NCBI GenBank assembly: GCA_043767805.1
Contig: JAYUGC010000081.1
Location: 1 to 33,072, forward strand
DNA length: 33,072 nt
Reading direction: 5' to 3'
Source of the DNA: Pseudomonadota bacterium
Lineage (GTDB): Bacteria > Bdellovibrionota > FAC87 > UBA2466
How positions within the stretch are numbered: the first letter of the stretch is position 1; every line of letters starts with the position of its first letter. Position numbers and translations under genes: made by a program. Shown here piece by piece: positions 8,894 to 17,933 of the stretch. The notes beneath the pieces were generated by a model that worked only from the letters and a program-made list of their open reading frames with translations, did not search any database and was not told the origin of the DNA.

Positions 8894-9445
8894 TTACCAG
8901 CCGTAGTTGCTGTAGAGCGAGTAGTAGCAGTTATTGTAACCGCCACCGTAGTAACTATTGCCGTAGTAGCCACCGCTATAACCACCGGCGTAGTAGCCGT
9001 AGTTGTAACCGTAGTTCCAGGCCGGGGTGTAGTAGCTGCGGTATCCGCCGTAGTACCCGTAGTAGCCGCCGCCGTAGTAGTTACCGGAGTAACTACCGCG
9101 CCAACGCCACCAACAGGCAGCCGTCGAACCGTCGGAGTCGAGCTCGCTGCCGACTTTCTCGACTTTTTCTTCCGAGATCTTGTTCTCAGGCTTCGCCGCT
9201 TTCTTGACGAAAGCGTCGATGCGGGCGGTGCGCTCGGCATCCGAAAGACCTTTGAGGGCCTCAGGGCTGACCGAAGCGTCGATCGCGTCGACCTTGAACT
9301 GGGTCACGGTTTGGGTCTCGTGATTCAACTGCTGAAGAATCAAAGACGGGACTTTTTTAGGGCCATCGAGTTCGCTGTCAGCCCGAACGCCCGTACCGAG
9401 TACGAGGAGAGCCAAAGCGAGGATCGCATACTGATTGAACTTCAT
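8894..9445 (-). CDS. Secreted prepropeptide-like protein with Tyr/Gly/Trp-rich C-terminal domain (183 aa)
   Basis: GGAGG before ATG 9445; signal MKFNQYAILALALLVLGTGVRA; charged pro-region; 73-aa tail with 25 Y, 19 G, 5 W. Confidence 0.85.
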   Translation of the reverse strand: MKFNQYAILALALLVLGTGVRADSELDGPKKVPSLILQQLNHETQTVTQFKVDAIDASVSPEALKGLSDAERTARIDAFVKKAAKPENKISEEKVEKVGSELDSDGSTAACWWRWRGSYSGNYYGGGYYGYYGGYRSYYTPAWNYGYNYGYYAGGYSGGYYGNSYYGGGYNNCYYSLYSNYGW

Positions 9446-9867
9446 TATAGGAACCTCCAAATTAATCGCGCTGAACATGTCTCTGCTGGGAAAGGGCTGG
9501 TTAGCATGATCGCAGAAGTCGATCAACGCTAAAGGTCGGGACAGAGGTTTTATTTATCATTTCAAATGGTTATTTGATGTGACCCGCTTCGTCACCTCGA
9601 AAAGAATCACGTAATTTTGACCCGGTTTTCCGGAAAAATTGCCTGAAAGCAGGCGGCGGGGACGCCTCCCTGGGCCACCGGATGTCGAAGGAGTGACACC
9701 CCTGAAAGCCCGCCACTTTAAAGGAGTTAGCCCGAAATCCGGAAACGGCGTGACCAAAGCTTCGCCACGGGAAAGGGGTGAATACGCAAGGTCTACTCTC
9801 GGCACCCGCCTTGCACAAGGGACCTGCGGGTTTGTTGTGGCTCGTTTCTGGTTTTCGAGGTGAGTGG

Positions 9868-10503
9868 ATGTTGGTTCGGCGCGGTCTTCTGGTTGGTAGT
9901 TTGGTTCTCCTGTCCTTGGCTCACCCGGCTCTCGCCGGCGATCACGCAACGGAAACGTCGGCCCGCTCGGCCGCGCTTAGCCGCCAAGCGAGCAAGCGCT
10001 CCCTCGAAGCGCTGACCCGTCTCAATGAGATGATCGAGCTCTTCGACGAGATGAAGAAGAACGGCACGCCGTTCGCGACTCAGGCGAATAAAGATCTGAC
10101 CGCGCTCTCAAAAAGCGCGGGCACGTCGAAGCGCTGGCTGCTAAACCTCATCCTGGATAAAGGGATGGCAGACGATCTCGATCTCGATCGGGACAATAAC
10201 TGCGTTCAGCTCACGGAATTTTCGGATCGGACTGTCGTCGTGGACTTTTTCGACGCCCATTGCCCGAACAATAGCGAGCTCGGTAGCACGGATCACCTCA
10301 AATTCACGACCGCTTACTCACCCATGGAAAAAAGAGACCACTACAAGCTGAAGCTAACCGGGCGGGAAGTCGGCGAGATGGAAATCAACGGAGAAGGCAC
10401 CGAGATCACCTTGGTCAAGCTCTGCACGGACAATTACGATGCCAACTGCATTCCGAGCGTCTCCGCCAGCAAGTTTATCGGGGCCCCGACTCTCCTCTAC
10501 TAG
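9868..10503 (+). CDS. Secreted hypothetical protein (211 aa, 4 Cys)
   Basis: GAGGTG before ATG 9868; signal MLVRRGLLVGSLVLLSLAHPALA. Confidence 0.7.
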   Translation: MLVRRGLLVGSLVLLSLAHPALAGDHATETSARSAALSRQASKRSLEALTRLNEMIELFDEMKKNGTPFATQANKDLTALSKSAGTSKRWLLNLILDKGMADDLDLDRDNNCVQLTEFSDRTVVVDFFDAHCPNNSELGSTDHLKFTTAYSPMEKRDHYKLKLTGREVGEMEINGEGTEITLVKLCTDNYDANCIPSVSASKFIGAPTLLY

Positions 10504-10537
10504 GAGCAGAGTCGGCAAGGGGCGCTACCGGGGGGAA

Positions 10538-10581
10538 CATGAGATTAAGTATTAATCTTAAGATTAATACTTAATCTCATG
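10538..10581. repeat. Perfect 44-bp AT-rich palindrome between convergent genes
   Basis: CATGAGATTAAGTATTAATCTTAAGATTAATACTTAATCTCATG equals its own reverse complement. Confidence 0.9.
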
Positions 10582-11572
10582 CCGGGGAGTCGCTTCTCTC
10601 AGGATACCTAATCTCTCCATGCGCGTGCCGTAAACGCTCAACTAGAGCCAGAGCCAGCTTCACCAAAGGCAGTTCGGAAAGCGACGCCTTTAAAGTGGTT
10701 CGCTCAGGGCAAAACGGCGATCCGATCCAAAGCACCGCGAGCACCGGGATGGTCTGTAGGAACGGCACTTCCATGCCGAGCAGCGCTCCTAAATGAAAGC
10801 CGATGAGACCCACTCCCCAGACCCGGTGGACTTTGGGCCGGCTTACCGCGAGCAAAGAGAAGAGCTGAAAATACAGCACGAGCCAAACCGACAAGGTCGA
10901 TAGCCACGGATAGCTCGCCAGCCACGCCGCCATCACGGAAACGCTGCCCGTTTGCCCGGCCTTCACGCCGATGGAATACCCAAGGCCTCCGAAGTCGAGA
11001 AGACTTACCGAGCCCGGGGGCGTTCGCAAAAATCCCACGATCTTCCAAAAGCCCGCGAGGGAATAGAAGAGCGCCACCATCCACTGGCAGGCGGCAAAGG
11101 TGCCGAGCCAGCCCGCGCGCACGCGAGCTCTAGCGAGATCGCTGGCCCTTGCGTGAGGCGCCAAACACAAGAGGACGGCGACCCACAAGCTCACGTGATC
11201 GCTGTGGCTGATCTTGCCGAGAGACAGAGATAGCGCCAATGCCTGGACGTAGCAGAGAGCGAAGGAAACCCGTGCCCAACGGCTCATCGGTTTGAGTAGT
11301 ACCCAAAGCCCCGTTGTCAAAGCCGCCACGAAGAGTAAGTCGACGCCGAGACCCGGCGGCAAGCGCTTCATCCAGGCGACGGGCCAGAGAGCGAGATGCT
11401 TCCACTGGCGCATCTCGGACCAATGATTGGCGATTTGGGTGAGGCGGAAGAAACAAAGCGCGTAGATCGCAAATACCAGATGAGTCACGCGCTCGGCCGC
11501 CCGGCGATGGGTTTCAAAAGGAGTGACGGAGGAGGCTACTTCAATTCGAACGTACCGAGCGTCTCGCGCCAT
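10577..11572 (-). CDS. Multi-pass membrane protein, HTTM-like (start uncertain)
   Basis: Several hydrophobic helices; KISHSDH, YSLAGFWK, GFHLG patterns typical of HTTM-domain proteins. Confidence 0.6.
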   Translation of the reverse strand: MARDARYVRIEVASSVTPFETHRRAAERVTHLVFAIYALCFFRLTQIANHWSEMRQWKHLALWPVAWMKRLPPGLGVDLLFVAALTTGLWVLLKPMSRWARVSFALCYVQALALSLSLGKISHSDHVSLWVAVLLCLAPHARASDLARARVRAGWLGTFAACQWMVALFYSLAGFWKIVGFLRTPPGSVSLLDFGGLGYSIGVKAGQTGSVSVMAAWLASYPWLSTLSVWLVLYFQLFSLLAVSRPKVHRVWGVGLIGFHLGALLGMEVPFLQTIPVLAVLWIGSPFCPERTTLKASLSELPLVKLALALVERLRHAHGEIRYPERSDSPA

Positions 11573-12036
11573 GTGACCCTCCTCGAAGTCAGATAGGACG
11601 CGGCATCGTATTTTTCCGCGAGCACCTGATAACGTATGGGCTTTAACTTATCCAGAAACGCCGTCTCGAGCAGGCCTCGGTACTCTTCGGCCGAGGGCTG
11701 TTTGTCTTGCAACGCGAGACCAAGCTTGCGAACGAGAGAGCGCGAATCAATAGAGCTCAGAATGCGGGCCGGCCCGCCCACGTCGAGCGTGTTCTTCGCG
11801 GGCGTTAGGCGCTTTCCCTTCACTTCTTCCAAGAGAAGCGTGTAGCGAACGTTCTGCCCGTCCCGGAAATGAAATAGCTTCCAGGAAAAGAACGGAAAGA
11901 GCTCCGCTTCCCGGCTCGAGCTGATTCCGACGTAAAGGGCCATGACCAGGCCAATTCCGAGGCGGATCCGGCGGAACCTCGGGCGCCAGAGAGACTTCAC
12001 GGTAAAGTCTCTGAATGCCCGAAAGGAAAACCGCAA
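11536..12036 (-). CDS. Single-pass membrane partner of the HTTM-like protein
   Basis: One TM helix followed by ELFPFFSWKLF; AAGGAG before TTG start; overlaps the downstream gene. Confidence 0.6.
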   Translation of the reverse strand: MRFSFRAFRDFTVKSLWRPRFRRIRLGIGLVMALYVGISSSREAELFPFFSWKLFHFRDGQNVRYTLLLEEVKGKRLTPAKNTLDVGGPARILSSIDSRSLVRKLGLALQDKQPSAEEYRGLLETAFLDKLKPIRYQVLAEKYDAASYLTSRRVTWRETLGTFELK

Positions 12037-12051
12037 ACCTGCTCCTTGAGA

Positions 12052-14049
12052 CTAGCGCGTGACCGGATGCTCGATGGTGACGAGGTCTCCGAGCACGTTC
12101 AAGCCTTCCTGCAAAGACGGATTGTCTAGGTACTCTTTGAGGTCATCCGCTTCGCGGGTGGCCTTGTTCTTCCTGGCGTCTTTCTTCTTGTCCTTATCGG
12201 CCTTCGTCTCTTCTTTGTACTTCTTGCGGATTTCGGCGAGCTTCACGATGCCCTTGTTCTTAGCGCGCTCTTCAATCTTCTTTTTGATTTCAGCGAACTT
12301 GGGCTCGGCATCAATGCGCGTCTTGGCCTGGGGAACGAGCTTCGCGATGATTTTCTCGTCGATAGGCGTCCAATGCTTGTCGCCTTCCGGACCGTTCGCC
12401 TCATTCGAAGTAAACGACTTGATGGAGTTGGGCGGTAACGAGTAATCGAGCGTCTTTTCGCCTATTTCATCGTTATCGAGAACGCTCGGCATGACTACGT
12501 GAGACGAGACGCCAAGAGCTTGAGTGCTCTGTCCGCCCGGCAAGAAGAACTGGCCGACGGTGACCTTGATGGCACCAAGACCGGGCGGAAGCCCGTTCAC
12601 GGATTGCACGGTGCCTTTACCGAAGGTGTGATCTCCGCCCACGATGACCGCGCGCTTATAGTCTTTGAGGGCGCCCGCGAGAATTTCCGAAGCGGAAGCG
12701 CTGATCCGGCTGGTCAGCAGTACGAGGGGTCCGGAGTAAACGACGTCCTCGTCGGGATCGGTGAGCACGTCGACCTTACGATCCTGGCCGTTGGTGGCAA
12801 CCACGCCGCCGGAACGGATGAAGAAGCCCGAGATCTTCACGGCTTCCTCGAGAAGGCCGCCGCCATTGCGGGAGACATCTAACATGATCCCGTCGACCTT
12901 CTTATCGTTGGCTTCTTTCAAAAGCTTCTTCAAATCGACGGAAGCCACGCGCGAGCCGGCTTCGCCGCCGCCGTAGAAGGAGGGCAAATCGATGATGCCG
13001 AGCTTCAGATCTTTTCCGCCCACTTTGCGGGTTTGGTAGACAATCTTCGCGGCCTGCTCCTTGATGTCGATCTTGTCGCGGACGATGGTCGCCTCGAAGC
13101 TCTTGGTCTTCTCCGTCTGGCGGAGAATGGTGAGACGCACTTTCGTGCCCTTCTTACCGCGGATGAGCTTTACGACTTCGCGCAGCGGCATGTCGATGAC
13201 GGAGGTCGCTTCCTTGCCTTCTTGCGCGACCATGATGATCTTATCCTTCGGCTCCAGCTCGCCTGAGCGATCGGCGCTGCCGCCGGGAATGAGCGCTTCG
13301 ATTACGACGAAGCCGTCTTGCGAGCTAAGGGAGGCGCCGATGCCTTCCAAGGAAAGCTGCATCTGGATTTGGAAGTCCTGCATGTCGTCCCACGAGAGAT
13401 AGCTCGTATGGGGATCGAGACCGACGGCAAATGCCCCGACGAACTCTTCGACGAGATCCGCCATCTTGCGCTCCTGGAAGCGCTTGGTGATCAGCTCGTA
13501 GCGGTGGATCATGCGCTTCTTGGCGTCGGCGAGCTTAATGTCGGCGAGAAGCAGGCTCGACACTTCGAAGTGGAGCACTTTCGCGAGAAGCGCCTTCTTC
13601 TCATCCGGCGTCTTCGGGTAGTCGCGGGTCTTCGGATCGAGATTGAGCTCCACTTTCTCGTCGAGAACGTACTTCGGTCCCAGGAACTCGCGAACGAAGT
13701 TCTCCGATTCCTTGGCTCGGGTCTGAACGATCTTGGAAAGAGAGTCCAGCGTCTCGCAGTTTCCTTTTTTGGCGGACTCAAAAACCGGGGGCAGCTCTTT
13801 TCTGAATTTCTCGACGTCTTCCTGAAGGAGGAACGTCTTCAAGGTGTCCATCCGGCGGATGAACTGCTCCGTGGTGTGATTCTTAAGATCGTCGCTGAGG
13901 CCTTCGTATTGGTAATGATGCTTGAGGAAAAGATCGACCAGCTTCGGCAGGTACATGCACTGGAGGGCTGGGCCCGCCGCGTTCGCTCCGACGGAGAGAA
14001 TGAGGGCGAGAAGAGCCAAGAGAGAAGTAAGATAGCGCCGGGAAGCCAT
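12052..14049 (-). CDS. prc: Tail-specific protease Prc/Tsp (S41A, PDZ)
   Basis: LDPHTSY, LEGIGA (PDZ loop), IDLPSFY, RNGGG, SASASE (Ser), FGKGTVQ (Lys); signal peptide; long N- and C-terminal Prc-type domains. Confidence 0.92.
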   Translation of the reverse strand: MASRRYLTSLLALLALILSVGANAAGPALQCMYLPKLVDLFLKHHYQYEGLSDDLKNHTTEQFIRRMDTLKTFLLQEDVEKFRKELPPVFESAKKGNCETLDSLSKIVQTRAKESENFVREFLGPKYVLDEKVELNLDPKTRDYPKTPDEKKALLAKVLHFEVSSLLLADIKLADAKKRMIHRYELITKRFQERKMADLVEEFVGAFAVGLDPHTSYLSWDDMQDFQIQMQLSLEGIGASLSSQDGFVVIEALIPGGSADRSGELEPKDKIIMVAQEGKEATSVIDMPLREVVKLIRGKKGTKVRLTILRQTEKTKSFEATIVRDKIDIKEQAAKIVYQTRKVGGKDLKLGIIDLPSFYGGGEAGSRVASVDLKKLLKEANDKKVDGIMLDVSRNGGGLLEEAVKISGFFIRSGGVVATNGQDRKVDVLTDPDEDVVYSGPLVLLTSRISASASEILAGALKDYKRAVIVGGDHTFGKGTVQSVNGLPPGLGAIKVTVGQFFLPGGQSTQALGVSSHVVMPSVLDNDEIGEKTLDYSLPPNSIKSFTSNEANGPEGDKHWTPIDEKIIAKLVPQAKTRIDAEPKFAEIKKKIEERAKNKGIVKLAEIRKKYKEETKADKDKKKDARKNKATREADDLKEYLDNPSLQEGLNVLGDLVTIEHPVTR

Positions 14050-14266
14050 GGTGTTTTCCTTATCTTGCGAAGGCCTGAAAATTGAAGTTACCCCTTATCG
14101 AAATGATGGCAAGGGGCATGGAGAAACTCTGGGACGAGGTTCGACGATGCTCTTATTCTACCAGACGGCGGGTGATTTCGTCCCGCCCCTCTAAGCCCAA
14201 CTCCCCCGGCTTAACGACGATTTATTGCCGGTTTTCGTGACACTCTGCCCTAGAGATCGTTTCGCT

Positions 14267-15346
14267 TTAGTAATGACGAGCGAGCTCCGGATCGGGACTA
14301 GCGAGCTCCGCGAGGCGAAGGCCCAGATAGCGATTCAGAAAAGGCACGCGCGCGAACCGCTTCCATTGCTCGTATTTGGCCGTGGGAAAATCGGGGGGCG
14401 TCTTTCCTCCGACTCTTTCCAAACGTCGCTCCCGCCGCAAACTCGCGATGGGCGCGCCACTACGGTCCGCCCAGGCGCGGCGTTGCGGCTCGAGCCGGCA
14501 GTTGGTTTGCGTCTGAGTCAGCACTTGCCCGAGCACCCGGAAGCGCTCCGGATAGGAAGTTTCCAGAAAGTCTCTGAGCCGCATTTGAAGATCGACGCCG
14601 TGCTCGATGGCGGCGCAAAGTCCGACACGATGAGCCGGATCGCCGAAGACGGCGGCAAGGGTCGTGGGCTGCCAGCGAAAGTCGAAAAAATCTCCCGCCA
14701 CTTCGATGACCCGGCTGGCCCTTTCCAAAGTCTCTCTTTCGAAAGGATTCAGTGCCGAGGGAGCGTGCTTATCCGCGGCCAAGCGATCGTACTCGTCTCT
14801 TTCGGAATGAAGGACGAGCATCATGTCCATGGCATCGGCCCAGCGGTGCGTGGAACCCGCGAGCCGGGCGAGCTCGCGGACTTCGAGAAACGCGGGAGAT
14901 ATTTCACCTCGCCGCTCTCCTTCCATTCTGCGCACCATCGACCACAAGAGCCAAGGCGGAGCCTCTCCCCCCGCCGGCCAGTAATCAAATCCGGAAAGCT
15001 TCGCCATCCACGCAAGTCCCGCGGGCACCGGCTCTTTGGACTTCTCCACGCCGGACGCCAAGTCGCGCGACTTAAATCTTCTCATTAGATCGTCGGGCAC
15101 GATCTCGGCGGCGCGTACGATCTCCGCCGGCACGGGCACGCGATCGTGCGGGCTTCTAAACCAGAGGTTTTGAGAGGCCTTATTTTGATCCTGAAGGTAA
15201 CGGCTGATCCGCGCTTCCCATCCGGGACCCGAGAAGAGAACGCGTCGTTCCAAGCTTCTCAAAGACAGAAAACCCGCTATCGCCAGACCTCCTATAAGGA
15301 GGACCAATCCCAGCCCCAAGCGCTTAAACTTCCGCAACGCCGCCAT
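14267..15346 (-). CDS. Hypothetical N-terminally anchored protein (359 aa)
   Basis: GGGAG before ATG; N-terminal TM helix; orientation matches neighbours. Confidence 0.65.
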   Translation of the reverse strand: MAALRKFKRLGLGLVLLIGGLAIAGFLSLRSLERRVLFSGPGWEARISRYLQDQNKASQNLWFRSPHDRVPVPAEIVRAAEIVPDDLMRRFKSRDLASGVEKSKEPVPAGLAWMAKLSGFDYWPAGGEAPPWLLWSMVRRMEGERRGEISPAFLEVRELARLAGSTHRWADAMDMMLVLHSERDEYDRLAADKHAPSALNPFERETLERASRVIEVAGDFFDFRWQPTTLAAVFGDPAHRVGLCAAIEHGVDLQMRLRDFLETSYPERFRVLGQVLTQTQTNCRLEPQRRAWADRSGAPIASLRRERRLERVGGKTPPDFPTAKYEQWKRFARVPFLNRYLGLRLAELASPDPELARHY

Positions 15347-15548
15347 GCCTACTCCCTGTATACCGGGTGTCTACCTGTCTGACTGTTGTTGAATAAGAAA
15401 AAAGTAGCGAGTTCTCACTACTTATACCATACGAGGCTCCGGGCGGAGGCGCCACGCGATGGGCGACGTACATAACGCCTCGCGACGCCTCTCGCAAATT
15501 CAACCAGTTAGACATGGGTACGACCCTTGCTCTACAGTGAGCTGCACC

Positions 15549-15902
15549 ATGAGAGACATCTGTGAAAAACTCGCGCTACTCTGGCTCTTGGTCCTCATTG
15601 TGGCCTGCACTCAGCCGCGTATGCGCCGGTACTCCGAAGTCATCGATCCGATGGTAGGTAGCGGTAAGAAAGAAGAGCTAGATAGGCTCTTGGGTAACCC
15701 TACGTTCTGCCAGCAGGAGAAAGCTTTTCAGAAGTGCGAATACCGCACCGCGATGGGGCATAACGCTCCCACGCCCATCGTTTTCACCAAGATGACTCAT
15801 ATGCCGGACGTCTCGCCCTACGAATATTTCGACGTCATTCATCTCTTCTACGACGACCTGCGCGTGCTCAAAGAGTGGCAAGCTGTCGTCTTGAAACCCT
15901 AA
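15549..15902 (+). CDS. Putative lipoprotein
   Basis: Hydrophobic stretch with lipobox IVA-C; LLGNP motif reminiscent of BamE/SmpA-like folds (tentative). Confidence 0.65.
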   Translation: MRDICEKLALLWLLVLIVACTQPRMRRYSEVIDPMVGSGKKEELDRLLGNPTFCQQEKAFQKCEYRTAMGHNAPTPIVFTKMTHMPDVSPYEYFDVIHLFYDDLRVLKEWQAVVLKP

Positions 15903-15925
15903 CCGGTTCGCTCTCCCGGCCCCGC

Positions 15926-15953
15926 TCAACTTTCCGCCGCAAGTTGCCGATAA
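15926..15953 (+). promoter_or_regulatory. Putative sigma28 (FliA) promoter
   Basis: TCAA-N16-GCCGATAA immediately upstream of the GTG/ATG starts at 15959/15962. Confidence 0.5.
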
Positions 15954-15961
15954 GACACGTG

Positions 15962-17929
15962 ATGCGGAAAATCCCTATATTCCGAACGGTAATCATTGCG
16001 CTCGTCGCGGGTCTCGGCGTGTGCGCTTTTTTTGCCTTCCGCACCCTGTCCGACGATCAGCATCTCTTCGTGATGGAGCTCAATCACACGCTTTTGCAAT
16101 CGACCACGACCCGCGTGAAGAGCGAAATGAAAACGCGGCTCACGGAGCTGGAGACTTTCATTCCGCGAGTCTTCGCGGCGGCTCCGAAGAATGCTTATAA
16201 GAAAGAAAATTTCTTCGCCGACCTCAGGCCTCAGCTGAGAGACGAGCTGGTAGCGGTAACCTTCTTTAGATTGGTCGATAACACCAAGATCGAAGTGTTC
16301 CGCCAGTACCGCAATCAACGCACGCTCAAGAAGCGCCACCTCGGCCCCGAAGCGCTCACTTCCGTTTTCCAGACCCGGCCCGTGGCGCTCAAAGAATTTT
16401 ACGAGAACAAGAAGCTCATCTTGATGAACCGGTCCATCCGGGCCACGGGAAAAAAAGGCGAGGTCGAGTTCAATCTGATTACGATCGTCATGGACGGCGC
16501 GTTCATTCCCGGGGCACCTCCGGGAATCGCGGTGGTGGTGGATCTCGCGCCGGATTTTCTGCGCGCCATTCTCAGAGACACCGAGATCGCCGACATCTTT
16601 TTGGTCTTCGCCGACGGCAAGATGTTCTGCCATACGGATCCCGTCTTGATGCGCGAGTACTCCGAGCGTCCGCTCAATCATCCGATGATCGCGCGCTTAA
16701 AGAGTGGGCCTCCGGTGAAAGAAGCGCTGGAGATGAAAGCAGGCGATAGCTATTACTTCGTGAGCGCCGCCGAAAGTGGTTTCGAGAACATCTACGCCAT
16801 CACCCAGACGAAAAAGAATCACTTCTTATTGATCGCGCGCATCCTCATGGGAAAAGGTGCCGCGCTCGGCATGGCGGCGCTCGGGTTGCTTCTGGTACTG
16901 GTCGTGATCGTGGCGAAAGTTTTCAAGCGGGGGCCGAAAAAGGCTTCCGCGGATCAAGACGCCCCGGCGGCGGATCGCCGGGTGGCCGAGCGGCGGGCCG
17001 CGGAACGCAGAACCGCGACGCCCAAATCGGCGGCGAGCCGAAGCCCTTCTCCGGAAGAAGCTCCGGGCGCGAATGAAATTTTAAGTAGCGAGGAAAGCCG
17101 GGCCCATCTCTATTTCCCGGGCGCCGACTCTCCGTCCGCGCTCACCGGCGTCCGCCAAACCACGGAACACTTCGAATTTCACGTGGGCGAAGTGCGGCCC
17201 GCGGAGCTTCCCAAGAACCTCATCCGGGACGCCCTGGACCTCACCAAAAAAGCGCTCGCCGAGGCCGCCGAAAAGAAACTCGGTCCCGGCGACACGCTCG
17301 CGCATTGCAATGCCATGCTGCATGGCACGTTCCGCGGAAGGCTATTTTTGACCTTGGCTATCGGGCATTTGGACCTGATCACGGGAAAATTCGAGATCGC
17401 GACCGCGGGCCACCCGCCTCCGCTTCGTTTCAAGCCGGTAAGTGGCGAGGCCAGTTCTTCCGATAAGGAAGACAAGCGCAAGATCGAGGTCCTCCTCGCT
17501 CGCGGCGAACGGCTCGGGACGAAGGCCGAAGTGGGGTATCCCTCGGTGGTCTATCAGCTCGAGCCGGGCGACAGGCTACTCGCTTTCACCCAAGGTTCGG
17601 TGGAAGCGAAGAACCGAAAAGGCGAGCCGTGGGGTACCGAAGGGATCGCGGGCGCCTTTCTTTCCGGCGTGGAGTCGGGAGGCGGATTGCCGAAAGTGGC
17701 CGGAGCGCTGGAAGCCCATGTATCGGGCGGCCTTCCCCGGGGAGACTGGGCGATTTTGTGGATCGAATGGAACCGTCGGCTCGCCGAGTCTCCCCAGGAG
17801 ACGGCTTTGCTGGCGGACGAGCCGGTAGCGCGGGAGTCCATCCCCCCGGAAACCCGGCAAGAGTATTTATATACGCGAGAGATCGCGGCGGAAGCCGAAA
17901 CGGAAACGATTTTGAAAAAAGCAGCCTAG
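15962..17929 (+). CDS. Membrane sensor with extracytoplasmic Cache-like domain and degenerate SpoIIE/PP2C domain
   Basis: Two TM helices; ATAGHPPP, LEPGDRLLAFTQG, GDWA match the PP2C fold with metal-binding Asp residues changed. Confidence 0.8.
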   Translation: MRKIPIFRTVIIALVAGLGVCAFFAFRTLSDDQHLFVMELNHTLLQSTTTRVKSEMKTRLTELETFIPRVFAAAPKNAYKKENFFADLRPQLRDELVAVTFFRLVDNTKIEVFRQYRNQRTLKKRHLGPEALTSVFQTRPVALKEFYENKKLILMNRSIRATGKKGEVEFNLITIVMDGAFIPGAPPGIAVVVDLAPDFLRAILRDTEIADIFLVFADGKMFCHTDPVLMREYSERPLNHPMIARLKSGPPVKEALEMKAGDSYYFVSAAESGFENIYAITQTKKNHFLLIARILMGKGAALGMAALGLLLVLVVIVAKVFKRGPKKASADQDAPAADRRVAERRAAERRTATPKSAASRSPSPEEAPGANEILSSEESRAHLYFPGADSPSALTGVRQTTEHFEFHVGEVRPAELPKNLIRDALDLTKKALAEAAEKKLGPGDTLAHCNAMLHGTFRGRLFLTLAIGHLDLITGKFEIATAGHPPPLRFKPVSGEASSSDKEDKRKIEVLLARGERLGTKAEVGYPSVVYQLEPGDRLLAFTQGSVEAKNRKGEPWGTEGIAGAFLSGVESGGGLPKVAGALEAHVSGGLPRGDWAILWIEWNRRLAESPQETALLADEPVARESIPPETRQEYLYTREIAAEAETETILKKAA

Positions 17930-17933
17930 ACGA

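Noticed and set aside
8894..9115. TAG/CCG-rich repeats as CRISPR or microsatellite
   Set aside because: They are reverse complements of Tyr/Gly codons; no constant repeat-spacer period.
525..9445. P450 as a Tyr/Trp cross-linking RiPP enzyme for the Tyr-rich peptide
   Set aside because: The genes are 7 kb apart in separate operons, the P450 is coupled to pvcAB, and the peptide is Sec-exported.
9530..9860. c-di-GMP or other riboswitch in the intergenic region
   Set aside because: GAAA-containing segments are present but I could not match a known aptamer consensus; needs an Infernal/Rfam scan.
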